Assembly: GCA_016186045.1 (NCBI GenBank)
Contig: JACPMJ010000005.1
Coordinates: forward strand, 73,143-132,853
Direction: 5' to 3'
Length of the DNA: 59,711 bases
Source of the DNA: Candidatus Uhrbacteria bacterium
GTDB taxonomy: Bacteria > Patescibacteriota > Patescibacteriia > JACQRZ01
Shown piece by piece: positions 1 to 8,439 of the stretch (its first letter is position 1; each line of letters opens with the position of its first letter). Under the pieces are notes generated by a model, which saw only the letters and a list, made by a program, of their open reading frames with translations, was not told where the DNA came from and did not search any database. The translations under genes were made by a program, and so were the position numbers.

Positions 1-1
1 C

Positions 2-79
2 AAGATAAAAGTGCTTGTTACCATGTTTGGCAGAGAAACCCCCATGGAATTGGATTTTTTACAAGTACGAAAAATGTAA
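2..79 (+). CDS. nusG: NusG C-terminal end (5' part lies outside window)
   Basis: Frame 2 reads KIKVLVTMFGRETPMELDFLQVRKM*, a KOW-domain tail typical of NusG. It sits directly upstream of rplK-rplA, as in the conserved nusG-rplKA cluster. Confidence 0.6.
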   Translation, partial: KIKVLVTMFGRETPMELDFLQVRKM

Positions 80-82
80 CAT

Positions 83-104
83 CAGTACTGAGTACACAGT
101 ACTG
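83..104 (+). other. Hairpin made of two copies of the self-complementary octamer CAGTACTG (83-90, 97-104), loop AGTACA
   Basis: Read directly in the nusG-rplK spacer. An A-run rather than a U-run follows, so it is not a classical terminator. Confidence 0.4.
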
Positions 105-201
105 AGTTGTCAGTTTAAAAAAATAAGATACAGGTTTCGTGATACGTATGCCTCTTATCCCGGAACCTGCAGTAAATAAAACCTGTAATCAAAAACCATG
201 T

Positions 202-633
202 ATGGCAGCTCCAAAAAAAATAAAAACAATGATCAAACTCCAGATTCCCGCAGGTAAGGCAAATCCCGCGCCGCCGATTGGTCCTGCGCTTGGACAGCAC
301 GGACTGAATATTGCTGAATTTTGCCAAAAATTCAATGCCGCTACGCAAGGCCGTGGTGAAGAGGTCACTCCAGTAGAAATTACCGTATTTGAAGATCGGA
401 CATATACATTCATTCTTAAGACTCCCCCCGCATCCGAACTTATCAAAAAAGCTGCCGGCATTGCAAAGGGATCCGGAAAATCACTTACGGAAAAGGTGGG
501 GAAAATCACCCAAGCACAAGTGAAAGAAATCGCGGAAAAAAAGATGTCAGACCTTACGGCGAAAGATCTTTTAGCCGCGATGAAAACAATAGAGGGGACT
601 GCGCGCCAAATGGGCGTTGAAGTTGTTGATTAA
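202..633 (+). CDS. rplK: 50S ribosomal protein L11
   Basis: [37 protein letters not shown]... is the canonical L11 N-terminus. I chose ATG 202 over track start 139, because the 21 extra residues have no L11 counterpart. Confidence 0.95.
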   Translation: MAAPKKIKTMIKLQIPAGKANPAPPIGPALGQHGLNIAEFCQKFNAATQGRGEEVTPVEITVFEDRTYTFILKTPPASELIKKAAGIAKGSGKSLTEKVGKITQAQVKEIAEKKMSDLTAKDLLAAMKTIEGTARQMGVEVVD

Positions 634-690
634 TGATTAAGTGGGACGTTCGCCTTATGTGCGAGCGGTTTGAACCACAAGGAGAACACT

Positions 691-1386
691 ATGATACGGA
701 AAAAATCCAAGAAATTTCAGGAGCTTCTTAAAAAAGATCTTCCTGACAAAAAGAAACTGCACACATTCGCGGATGCCATTGATTTGGTAAAAAAATTTTC
801 ATACGAGCAGTTCGACGCGACAGTGGAGGTGCATGTGAAAACCGGTATTGACACGCGAAAAAATGATCAGATTGTCCGCGGATCAGTGGTCCTGCCGTAT
901 GGAACGGGAAAAACAAAAAAAATAGCAGTATTTGCAGAGGGAGAAAAAGCCACAGAAGCGCGCGATGCGGGCGCGGATCTTGTGGGCGGAGCGGAACTTA
1001 TCGCTGAAATAAAACAAACGAGTAAAGCTGATTTTGATGTTGCCATTGCGACACCAGATATGATGAAATCACTTGCGGGTATCGCAAAAGTCTTAGGACC
1101 TCGCGGACTCATGCCATCGCCAAAAAATGAGACGGTCACGGTGAATATCAAAGGAGCGATCTCACAAGTGAAAAAAGGCAAGGTTGATTTTAAGAATGAC
1201 GACTCAGGCAATGTCCATCAGATTATTGGAAAACGATCATTCACAAAAGAACAGCTTCTTGAAAACTATACCGCATTCATGGAGATATTACGAAAAGCAC
1301 GCCCGTCTGCGACAAAAGGAACGTTTCTTCAAAATATTTCTCTCTCAACCACCATGGGACCCGGCATTCGTGTCACTCCTCAATAA
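691..1386 (+). CDS. rplA: 50S ribosomal protein L1
   Basis: L1-like sequence throughout (GTGKTKKIAVFAEGEKA..., MPSPKNETVT...). ATG 691 is preceded by AAGGAG at 679-684; the track start 670 is a TTG upstream of that RBS. Confidence 0.95.
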   Translation: MIRKKSKKFQELLKKDLPDKKKLHTFADAIDLVKKFSYEQFDATVEVHVKTGIDTRKNDQIVRGSVVLPYGTGKTKKIAVFAEGEKATEARDAGADLVGGAELIAEIKQTSKADFDVAIATPDMMKSLAGIAKVLGPRGLMPSPKNETVTVNIKGAISQVKKGKVDFKNDDSGNVHQIIGKRSFTKEQLLENYTAFMEILRKARPSATKGTFLQNISLSTTMGPGIRVTPQ

Positions 1387-1392
1387 TTATAT

Positions 1393-1420
1393 GTCATCCA
1401 GAGCGAAGCCGAGGGATCTC
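1393..1420. repeat. REP-like hairpin unit, GTCATCC...GGGATCTC variant
   Basis: gtcatccagagcgaagccgagggatctc shares the GTCATYC head and GGATC tail of the dispersed family at 38229, 38279, 42389, 44976 and 50741. It is nested in an outer 8-bp inverted repeat tatgtcat/atgacata. Confidence 0.4.
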
Positions 1421-1461
1421 GTGGTCGCTATCACTTTCTATAATGACATACTGCATACCCT

Positions 1462-2946
1462 ATGTTTACGTTCACTATTGGACTGGAAATCCATGTCCAG
1501 CTCAAGACAAAGTCAAAAATGTTTTGCCGTTGTTCAAATGACGGCGAGAATCAACCACCAAATACCACCATCTGTCCGGTATGCACCGGACATCCGGGCG
1601 TACTTCCTGTTTTGAATGGAGAAGCGGTTCATATGGGCGCAAAAATGGCGCTCGCCATCAATTGCATACTGCCCGACACAAGTAAATTTGATCGGAAGAA
1701 TTATTTTTATCCCGACCTGCCTAAGGCGTATCAGATATCGCAATACGATCAACCTATTGGGAAAAATGGGTATCTTGATATTGGAGAACGGCGTATCCGT
1801 ATCAATCGTCTCCACTTAGAGGAAGACGCGGCAAAGCTTGTTCATACGCAAGATAAAAAATCCAGTCTTGTGGATTTTAATCGTTGCTCTACTCCGCTTA
1901 TGGAGATTGTTACAGAACCGGATTTTGTATCCCCTTCTGAAGCGAAGATATTCCTTCAAGAACTCCGCCTGATCGCGCGCTATTTGGATGTATCAAGCGC
2001 AGATATGGAAAAGGGACATTTACGCTGTGATGCAAATGTGTCTATAAATGTCATAGAGGATGGAAGGACGATACAAACGCCTATTTCTGAAATAAAAAAT
2101 CTGAACTCATTTCGCGCGGTTGAGAAAGCGCTTGAGTATGAAGGCAACAGACTGCACGAAGACTGGACTGCCGGAGGAGAATCACGAAAACGGACAAATA
2201 AAATCACCGTTGGCTGGGATGAGACGCAAGGCGTCACACTCCTCCAACGCGGCAAGGAAGAGGCGCATGATTATCGGTATTTTCCGGAGCCAGATCTTCC
2301 GCCAATAACATTTACAGACGATGAACGCGCTACTCTTCGCGCGGAGATTCCGGAATTACCCGCGCAGAGGCGGATTCGTTTTATTGAAGAATATGGCATT
2401 ACTACAGAAGATGCACGAATTCTAATAGATACCAAGGAGACTGGAGAATTTTTTGAACGGGCGGCATCCGAAGTTTCAGAGTGGCTCTGTACGTTGGAGA
2501 AATGCGATGAGCAATTAAAACAAAAAAGTTATAAACTTCTTGCGAGTCTTTTGATACACAAAATTCCCGCGCTCCTTGGAGAGCAAGATTTACTTCTTTC
2601 TGAAACAAAACTTACAGCGGAAAATCTTGCTGAATGTGTTGCACTATCAATATCTGGCAAAGTAAACAGTACAGCGCTTCAAACGATTTTAGAGGAGACG
2701 CTTAATCATGGCGCAAATCCGACCACTGTCATGAAAGAAAAAAATCTTGAACAGATAGAGGACACCGGTGCGCTCGAGACGGCGTGTGATACGGTGTTTG
2801 GCAATAATCCGGATGCTGTCGCCTCGTACAAGGCGGGAAAAGTAACTGCGATTATGTTTTTAGTAGGTCAAGTCATGAAAGACATGAAGGGCAAAGCCCA
2901 GCCGGAAAAAGTAAAGGATATTTTGGAGAAGAAACTAAGTTTGTAA
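1462..2946 (+). CDS. gatB: Asp/Glu-tRNA(Asn/Gln) amidotransferase subunit B
   Basis: 494 aa. N-terminus FTIGLEIHVQLKTKSKMFC.C...CPVCTGHPGVLPVLN and the YqeY-like tail are typical GatB. Confidence 0.95.
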   Translation: MFTFTIGLEIHVQLKTKSKMFCRCSNDGENQPPNTTICPVCTGHPGVLPVLNGEAVHMGAKMALAINCILPDTSKFDRKNYFYPDLPKAYQISQYDQPIGKNGYLDIGERRIRINRLHLEEDAAKLVHTQDKKSSLVDFNRCSTPLMEIVTEPDFVSPSEAKIFLQELRLIARYLDVSSADMEKGHLRCDANVSINVIEDGRTIQTPISEIKNLNSFRAVEKALEYEGNRLHEDWTAGGESRKRTNKITVGWDETQGVTLLQRGKEEAHDYRYFPEPDLPPITFTDDERATLRAEIPELPAQRRIRFIEEYGITTEDARILIDTKETGEFFERAASEVSEWLCTLEKCDEQLKQKSYKLLASLLIHKIPALLGEQDLLLSETKLTAENLAECVALSISGKVNSTALQTILEETLNHGANPTTVMKEKNLEQIEDTGALETACDTVFGNNPDAVASYKAGKVTAIMFLVGQVMKDMKGKAQPEKVKDILEKKLSL

Positions 2947-3951
2947 GTTCTTCAAAAACTTCCGAACTAGCTGATCTGCTTTGTGCGAAGAGGATACCCA
3001 CTGTATCCTTTTTTCTTTGCGAAACCACACCATCTGTCTGCGCGCAAAATGGTGAATGGCGTACTTTAATTTTTGAAGCATCTCTTTCTTGAACTGGATC
3101 CCCGCACCACGGACATTGCGATTTATACCCACTCGAGTACTCGTGGACAAATCGGGAACCTTCGCGGGGATGACATTCACCTTTTTAAGATATTCTGAAA
3201 TTCCTCTATACTCCAGACCTAAGCTTTTAAGCCAATCAGTAGGCACACCATTTTGAATCAATCGCTCAACCTCTCGAATCATCCCCTGTCTTACTCTACT
3301 ATCAACGCGCATATCAATCCGGTCATACAGCTTCTCGCGCGGCATATCAATGCCAATAAGAAACGGCTCATACGGACTCTCCCCTTTCTGCTGAAAGAAA
3401 GAAAAAGGTTTTCCTGTTACACAATATACCTCAAGTGCGCGGACGATCCTTCTTTTATTTGCATGATCTATTTTTCCATAAGAAATGGGATCGACTTTCT
3501 CCAATGCTTTAAGAAGTTTTTTTATATCTTCGCCCTCTAATCGTTTTCTTAATGAAATATCAATAGCTCCTTCCGGAATGGCATAATTATCTACTACCGC
3601 CTGAATATAAAGCGCAGTTCCACCCACAAGGAACGGGATCTTACCGCGCTTCCAAATATCCGCTATTGCGGCGTCCGCTTTCTTTTTAAAATCAGCAAGC
3701 GTAAAATATCCGCCATGACGTACGCGCGCCGTCATACGTTTGGGCGGATCACTGATATCCAAAAGATGATGTGGTACTACTCGCTGTTCTTTCTTTGTCA
3801 CCTTGCCGCTTCCAATGTCTAATCCTCTATACACCTGACGGGAATCCATTGAGACAATCTCCCCATTGTATTTTTTTGCCAATTCACTACCCAGCGAAGA
3901 TTTTCCACACGCGGTAGGCCCTAAAATAACTATAAGAGGAATTTTTTTCAT
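2935..3951 (-). CDS. miaA: tRNA dimethylallyltransferase
   Basis: P-loop ILGPTACGKS, then SMDSRQVYRGLDIGSGK and HHLLD motifs. Its 3' end overlaps the gatB 3' end by 12 nt (convergent). Confidence 0.9.
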   Translation of the reverse strand: MKKIPLIVILGPTACGKSSLGSELAKKYNGEIVSMDSRQVYRGLDIGSGKVTKKEQRVVPHHLLDISDPPKRMTARVRHGGYFTLADFKKKADAAIADIWKRGKIPFLVGGTALYIQAVVDNYAIPEGAIDISLRKRLEGEDIKKLLKALEKVDPISYGKIDHANKRRIVRALEVYCVTGKPFSFFQQKGESPYEPFLIGIDMPREKLYDRIDMRVDSRVRQGMIREVERLIQNGVPTDWLKSLGLEYRGISEYLKKVNVIPAKVPDLSTSTRVGINRNVRGAGIQFKKEMLQKLKYAIHHFARRQMVWFRKEKRIQWVSSSHKADQLVRKFLKNLQT

Positions 3952-3992
3952 ACATATTTAATAAATTCAAGTAGGATAAAAAGAAATAGTAC

Positions 3993-5342
3993 TTACCCTG
4001 CTACTTCCCCACGCAATATCCACTCAAGCGGTTCCGTAACACATACGTCCACAATATTTCCTATCATATCTTTTGTCCCCGAAAATGATACTCGTTTCAT
4101 CTCCCGTGAATTTCCCTCGCATCTCCCCTTTTTCCACGAGTCTATCAGTACGGAAACGACTGTGTCTTTATATTTTTGATTTTTTCTCATGACGGTCGCT
4201 TCCATGAGATCTTGCACGGTCTGCCAACGATGTTTCTTTTCTTGCCGCGGGATATCGTCCTTATACATTTTCGTCGCAGTCGTTCCCGAGCGCGTTGAAT
4301 ACATACCAATGTACGCGATATCAAAATCACATACGCGATAGAGATCTAATGTCTCCTCGAATTGTGCCTCCGTCTCTCCGCAAAAACCAAGAATAATATC
4401 TGTTCCTATCGCAATATCCGGACAAGCATCTCGTACGTGGTGTATGGTTTCAATATAGTGTTCACGAGTGTAGGTTCGATTCATCCGTTTAAGAACCTCA
4501 TTACTGCCAGACTGCACAGGTAAGTGCAAGTAATTCAGATGATGTGGGAGAGTAAGCGCGGAGATCGTCTCCATATCCATATACTGGGGATGCGGAGCGG
4601 TAAAATGAATACGCCGAATGCCGGAGATTTGATTCAATTCCCACATGAGGGCACCAAAACAGTTCTTTTCGCGACTGAACGGATTATCTGCGCTAAACGC
4701 CCTTTCTTTGTCTGGAGGATTATAGAGATTCACCGTCTGTCCTAAGATTGTTATTTCCACGCATCCATTCGCCGCACACGTACGTGCTTCAGAGATGACA
4801 TCCTGCGCGGGCCTATCTTTTTGCCGTCCACGTGAGTATGGTACGACGCAGTAGGTGCAGAATTTGTTGCACCCATTACTGATCGCGATATACGCTTGAA
4901 AGGTATTATGATAGGAGGGTTTTATTTTAAGGTATTGATCGTATTCAGAAAATTCCTGCGCGGCATTTGGATCTACAAGTTCTTGATTTAATTCACTAAT
5001 CCATTTCGGTAAATAAATCATCTCCTCTGTTTTGAAAAACAAATCAACGGCAGATAGTCGTTTTTTTATCTTCCCATCCAGATCTCTGCCGGCCATACAG
5101 CCGGTGACGACAATGATCTTTTTTGGATTTTGTTCTTTGAGTTTTGCAAGCGTCCTGTGAATACCGTACACTCTATCTTCCGCAGTTTGGCGCACTGAAC
5201 AGGTATTATAGAGAAGTACATCAGCAGAAACCTCATCTTCTGTTTCAGAAAGACCGATACTATTCAAAATCTGTTTCAGCCGTTCAGAATCTGACACGTT
5301 CATCTGACATCCAAAGGTAGTGATTTTGTATGATCCTGACAT
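3993..5342 (-). CDS. miaB: tRNA-i6A37 methylthiotransferase (radical SAM)
   Basis: N-terminal TFGCQMN, radical-SAM CNKFCTYCVVP and a C-terminal TRAM-like region. Adjacent to miaA. Confidence 0.9.
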   Translation of the reverse strand: MSGSYKITTFGCQMNVSDSERLKQILNSIGLSETEDEVSADVLLYNTCSVRQTAEDRVYGIHRTLAKLKEQNPKKIIVVTGCMAGRDLDGKIKKRLSAVDLFFKTEEMIYLPKWISELNQELVDPNAAQEFSEYDQYLKIKPSYHNTFQAYIAISNGCNKFCTYCVVPYSRGRQKDRPAQDVISEARTCAANGCVEITILGQTVNLYNPPDKERAFSADNPFSREKNCFGALMWELNQISGIRRIHFTAPHPQYMDMETISALTLPHHLNYLHLPVQSGSNEVLKRMNRTYTREHYIETIHHVRDACPDIAIGTDIILGFCGETEAQFEETLDLYRVCDFDIAYIGMYSTRSGTTATKMYKDDIPRQEKKHRWQTVQDLMEATVMRKNQKYKDTVVSVLIDSWKKGRCEGNSREMKRVSFSGTKDMIGNIVDVCVTEPLEWILRGEVAG

Positions 5343-5353
5343 GACTGATATAT

Positions 5354-7162
5354 CTATAATTCCAGCGAACGTTCACGTATCTTTTTCTTTAGTTGTTCGA
5401 TATACTCATTGAGGGACAAAGAAATGACATCTTTTTTTCCACGTATGCGCACAGAGACATTTTCTAAATCCGCCTCCTTATCCCCTATGACAATCATATA
5501 GGGAATTTTTGCTTTTTCTGCCTTTCGAATCTTATATCCTACGGATTCATTTGAGTCATCCACCTCCACGCGAACACCCTCCTCCTCTAACATGTTTGCA
5601 AGTTTTTGAGATGATTCAACATGGCTCAATCCCACAGGAGCGATACAGACTTGCACTGGTGCAAGCCAAAGCGGAAACGCACCCGCGAAATGTTCAATAA
5701 TAACGGATAAAAACCTTTCCAGTGAACCGGTAATTGCCGCATGGATCATAACGATACGTTCTCGTTCCCCCTGTTCATTAATACAGAAAAGATCAAAGCG
5801 CTCGGGCTGATTGCGGTCTAATTGTATAGTCGCAACCTGCCACTCTCTACCCAGAGAATCATACGCAAGAAAATCTATTTTTGGACCATACATAGCCGCC
5901 TCGCCCACTGCTTCCTGTGCATGCACTCCGCGTTCTTTCACGAGTTCACGAAGCTGATCTTCTGTTTTTTTCCACATCTCGGGAGTTCCAAGATATTTTT
6001 CAAAATGTTCTGGATCATGCAAAGAAAGGCGAACGCGCAAATCAGAAAAACCAAAAGTGGCGTAAAATACGTTAATAATATTCCAAATAATAAGAATTTC
6101 TTCTTTTAGCTGATTTTCTCTGCAAAAAACATGCGCATCATCTTGTGTGATACAAAGAACACGTGAGAGTCCTGCAAGTTCACCGCTTTGCTCATCCCTG
6201 TACACCATTGTCGTTTCCGCATATCGCTGGGGCATATTTCGATAACTTTGTTGAGTACGGGCAAAAATTTGCGTGTGATGCGGACAATTCATGGGCTTGA
6301 GAGCAAACTCATGCTCCTCACGAGTTGTCACATGAAATAAATCATCTGCAAATTTCTCCCAATGACCACTGGTAACATACAGATCTTTTTTTGTAATATG
6401 TGGAATAGTTACCTTCTCGTACCCGTTCTTCTTTCGCAACTCCCAAACAAATTCGTCAAGAATAGTTCGCAGGAGTGTGCCTCGCGGTGTCCAAAGTGGT
6501 AATCCCGACCCCACAAGCTCTGAAAATACAAAAAGATCAAGCTCTTTGCCAAGCTTTCGATGATCCCGCTTTTCCGCCTCCTCAATCATTTTCAAATGTG
6601 CGGCAAGCTCATCTTTGGTCGCAAAGGCATATCCATACACGCGCTGGAGCATGGGATTTTTTTCATCCCCGCGCCAATACGCACCGGCAACGGATTTTAG
6701 TTTTATACTGCCAACGTCTCTCGTAGAAGCTACGTGCGGTCCTCTGCAGAGGTCGACAAAATCCCCTGTCCTATAGATAGATATAATATTTTTTCCATCC
6801 TGAATAATCCCCTCTTCCTGTTCACCAACTTTTGTGGTGCCGTATTTTTCTATATCTTCAAGAAGTTGTACTTTGTATGTCTGGCCGAGACCGGTAAATA
6901 ATTTCTTTGCCTCTTGTAAAGAAATCTCCTCGCGTGTAAACGGAATATTCTTCTTTTTTAACTCATCCATCTTTTTTTCAATCTCCTTAAAATTTTCTTC
7001 GGATATTGAATGATCAAGCTCCATGTCATAATAAAATCCATGTTCTACCACCGGCCCTACACCGAATTTTGCATCCGGATACAGCGCCTGAATTGCGGTA
7101 GCCAAAAGATGCGCGCTGGAATGCCGCATGGTTTCGAGTGAAAAGCTTTTTTGTTCTTGCAT
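5354..7162 (-). CDS. thrS: Threonine--tRNA ligase without the N-terminal TGS domain
   Basis: 602 aa. It starts at the editing-domain motif RHSSAHLLA. The class II core and anticodon-binding domain are recognisable. Confidence 0.95.
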   Translation of the reverse strand: MQEQKSFSLETMRHSSAHLLATAIQALYPDAKFGVGPVVEHGFYYDMELDHSISEENFKEIEKKMDELKKKNIPFTREEISLQEAKKLFTGLGQTYKVQLLEDIEKYGTTKVGEQEEGIIQDGKNIISIYRTGDFVDLCRGPHVASTRDVGSIKLKSVAGAYWRGDEKNPMLQRVYGYAFATKDELAAHLKMIEEAEKRDHRKLGKELDLFVFSELVGSGLPLWTPRGTLLRTILDEFVWELRKKNGYEKVTIPHITKKDLYVTSGHWEKFADDLFHVTTREEHEFALKPMNCPHHTQIFARTQQSYRNMPQRYAETTMVYRDEQSGELAGLSRVLCITQDDAHVFCRENQLKEEILIIWNIINVFYATFGFSDLRVRLSLHDPEHFEKYLGTPEMWKKTEDQLRELVKERGVHAQEAVGEAAMYGPKIDFLAYDSLGREWQVATIQLDRNQPERFDLFCINEQGERERIVMIHAAITGSLERFLSVIIEHFAGAFPLWLAPVQVCIAPVGLSHVESSQKLANMLEEEGVRVEVDDSNESVGYKIRKAEKAKIPYMIVIGDKEADLENVSVRIRGKKDVISLSLNEYIEQLKKKIRERSLEL

Positions 7163-7214
7163 ATACGTAAAGTATCTACATATAAAGTACCTCTAGTATA
7201 TGAAATTCTACTAT

Positions 7215-7251
7215 AAAAAGCAAGAGAGGAATTCTGTTGAACCCCTCTCTT
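7215..7251 (-). terminator. Intrinsic terminator after 7271-8425
   Basis: Minus strand: AAGAGAGG-14 nt loop-CCTCTCTT followed by GCTTTTTA. Confidence 0.5.
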
Positions 7252-7270
7252 TAGAGACTTGTCTTAGCCA

Positions 7271-8425
7271 CTATCTCTTTAGCATCACATTGATATGATC
7301 AGTCAAAAATGGCGCGCGCGTCACCCATGCGGGATAAAAATGTACTTGCACATCTATGATATCCGGATATGACATAAAGTATGCCGCAATCTGCTCCTTG
7401 TTTAAGCCAACGAGATTCTTTTTACTGAATGCCTCCGTATCCTCTCCAAGTATTTTTCCTGCTTTTGCAGTCACGCGAATGAGTGCGGATTTCGTTGATT
7501 CATTCGCGTCTTCAATAGCATATTCAGTATCTCCTTCTGCCGGAGGAATAAGATCCTGACCTCCGGAGAGCTGTTCTCGCAGTTTCTCATCCACTTTTTT
7601 CGCCATATCCTGCATATCATATATGATTCCGGTGTATGTCGCACGCACCGTCACTTGAAACCTGTTTACCGTATCTCCTGCTTTTCCACTTACGAGCGCA
7701 TCTTTGACTTTGAAATCAATCATATTTTTTGGATTTTGCGGTTTCCAATCACCTTGGGATGCTGATAAAAGTTCTGAAAATTGATCGCGTAACGCCTCAA
7801 TACTGCTTTGTTGGGCGCGCTCTATATCTTCCTGGCGAATAATACCGATTTGACTTCCACCGCTTTGGCTGGGGGTAAATCCGCGGCCATATACTTTTTC
7901 CTGCATCGCGGGCCACAATGCCGGCAATGTAAGGCGGGAGGTATCAAAATTTCCAAGATCGCCCTCCTTATCTGCGTATACTTCTGCATCAATCTGTCCG
8001 TTCGCCGGTACTGTCGTAAAATTCTTCAACCGAAGAAGTACGCCATCACTGCTTAAAAATCTGGTAGTCGCACGCAAGGGTTGCGGCTGAGGATTTTTAT
8101 TGACTATCGTGAGAGTTCCGGTTGTCCGCTGGACTGACGTTGTTGTCTCCTGTGGACTAAACCATGCCGTATATTCAAGCTCTTTTTGGACCACTGCTCC
8201 GCGGATAGCATCCTGTGAAATGGATGAATCAAGATTTTCAACCACCGGAATCAAAAACCTTTGAGTGAAAAAATCTTGCTTTGGCGTCAGTAGAATTGTC
8301 GCCCAACTGAAGGAAATATAAAAAATAACGCCGACAATGCCGATAGTTATGAAAAAGAATGTCAAAGCAATCTGCTTGAACAAAAGCGCTCGTGACTCAT
8401 TTTTTTTAAAATGGCGCATATGCAT
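7271..8425 (-). CDS. Membrane-anchored hypothetical protein, possibly baseplate J/gp47-like
   Basis: One N-terminal TM (ALTFFFITIGIVGVIFYISF). The core GTLTIVNKNPQPQPLRATTRFLSSDGVLLRL...VPANGQIDAEVYADKEGDLGNF resembles CPR proteins labelled baseplate J-like. This is recognised from memory only. Confidence 0.55.
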   Translation of the reverse strand: MHMRHFKKNESRALLFKQIALTFFFITIGIVGVIFYISFSWATILLTPKQDFFTQRFLIPVVENLDSSISQDAIRGAVVQKELEYTAWFSPQETTTSVQRTTGTLTIVNKNPQPQPLRATTRFLSSDGVLLRLKNFTTVPANGQIDAEVYADKEGDLGNFDTSRLTLPALWPAMQEKVYGRGFTPSQSGGSQIGIIRQEDIERAQQSSIEALRDQFSELLSASQGDWKPQNPKNMIDFKVKDALVSGKAGDTVNRFQVTVRATYTGIIYDMQDMAKKVDEKLREQLSGGQDLIPPAEGDTEYAIEDANESTKSALIRVTAKAGKILGEDTEAFSKKNLVGLNKEQIAAYFMSYPDIIDVQVHFYPAWVTRAPFLTDHINVMLKR

Positions 8426-8439
8426 GGGGGTTACAATAA

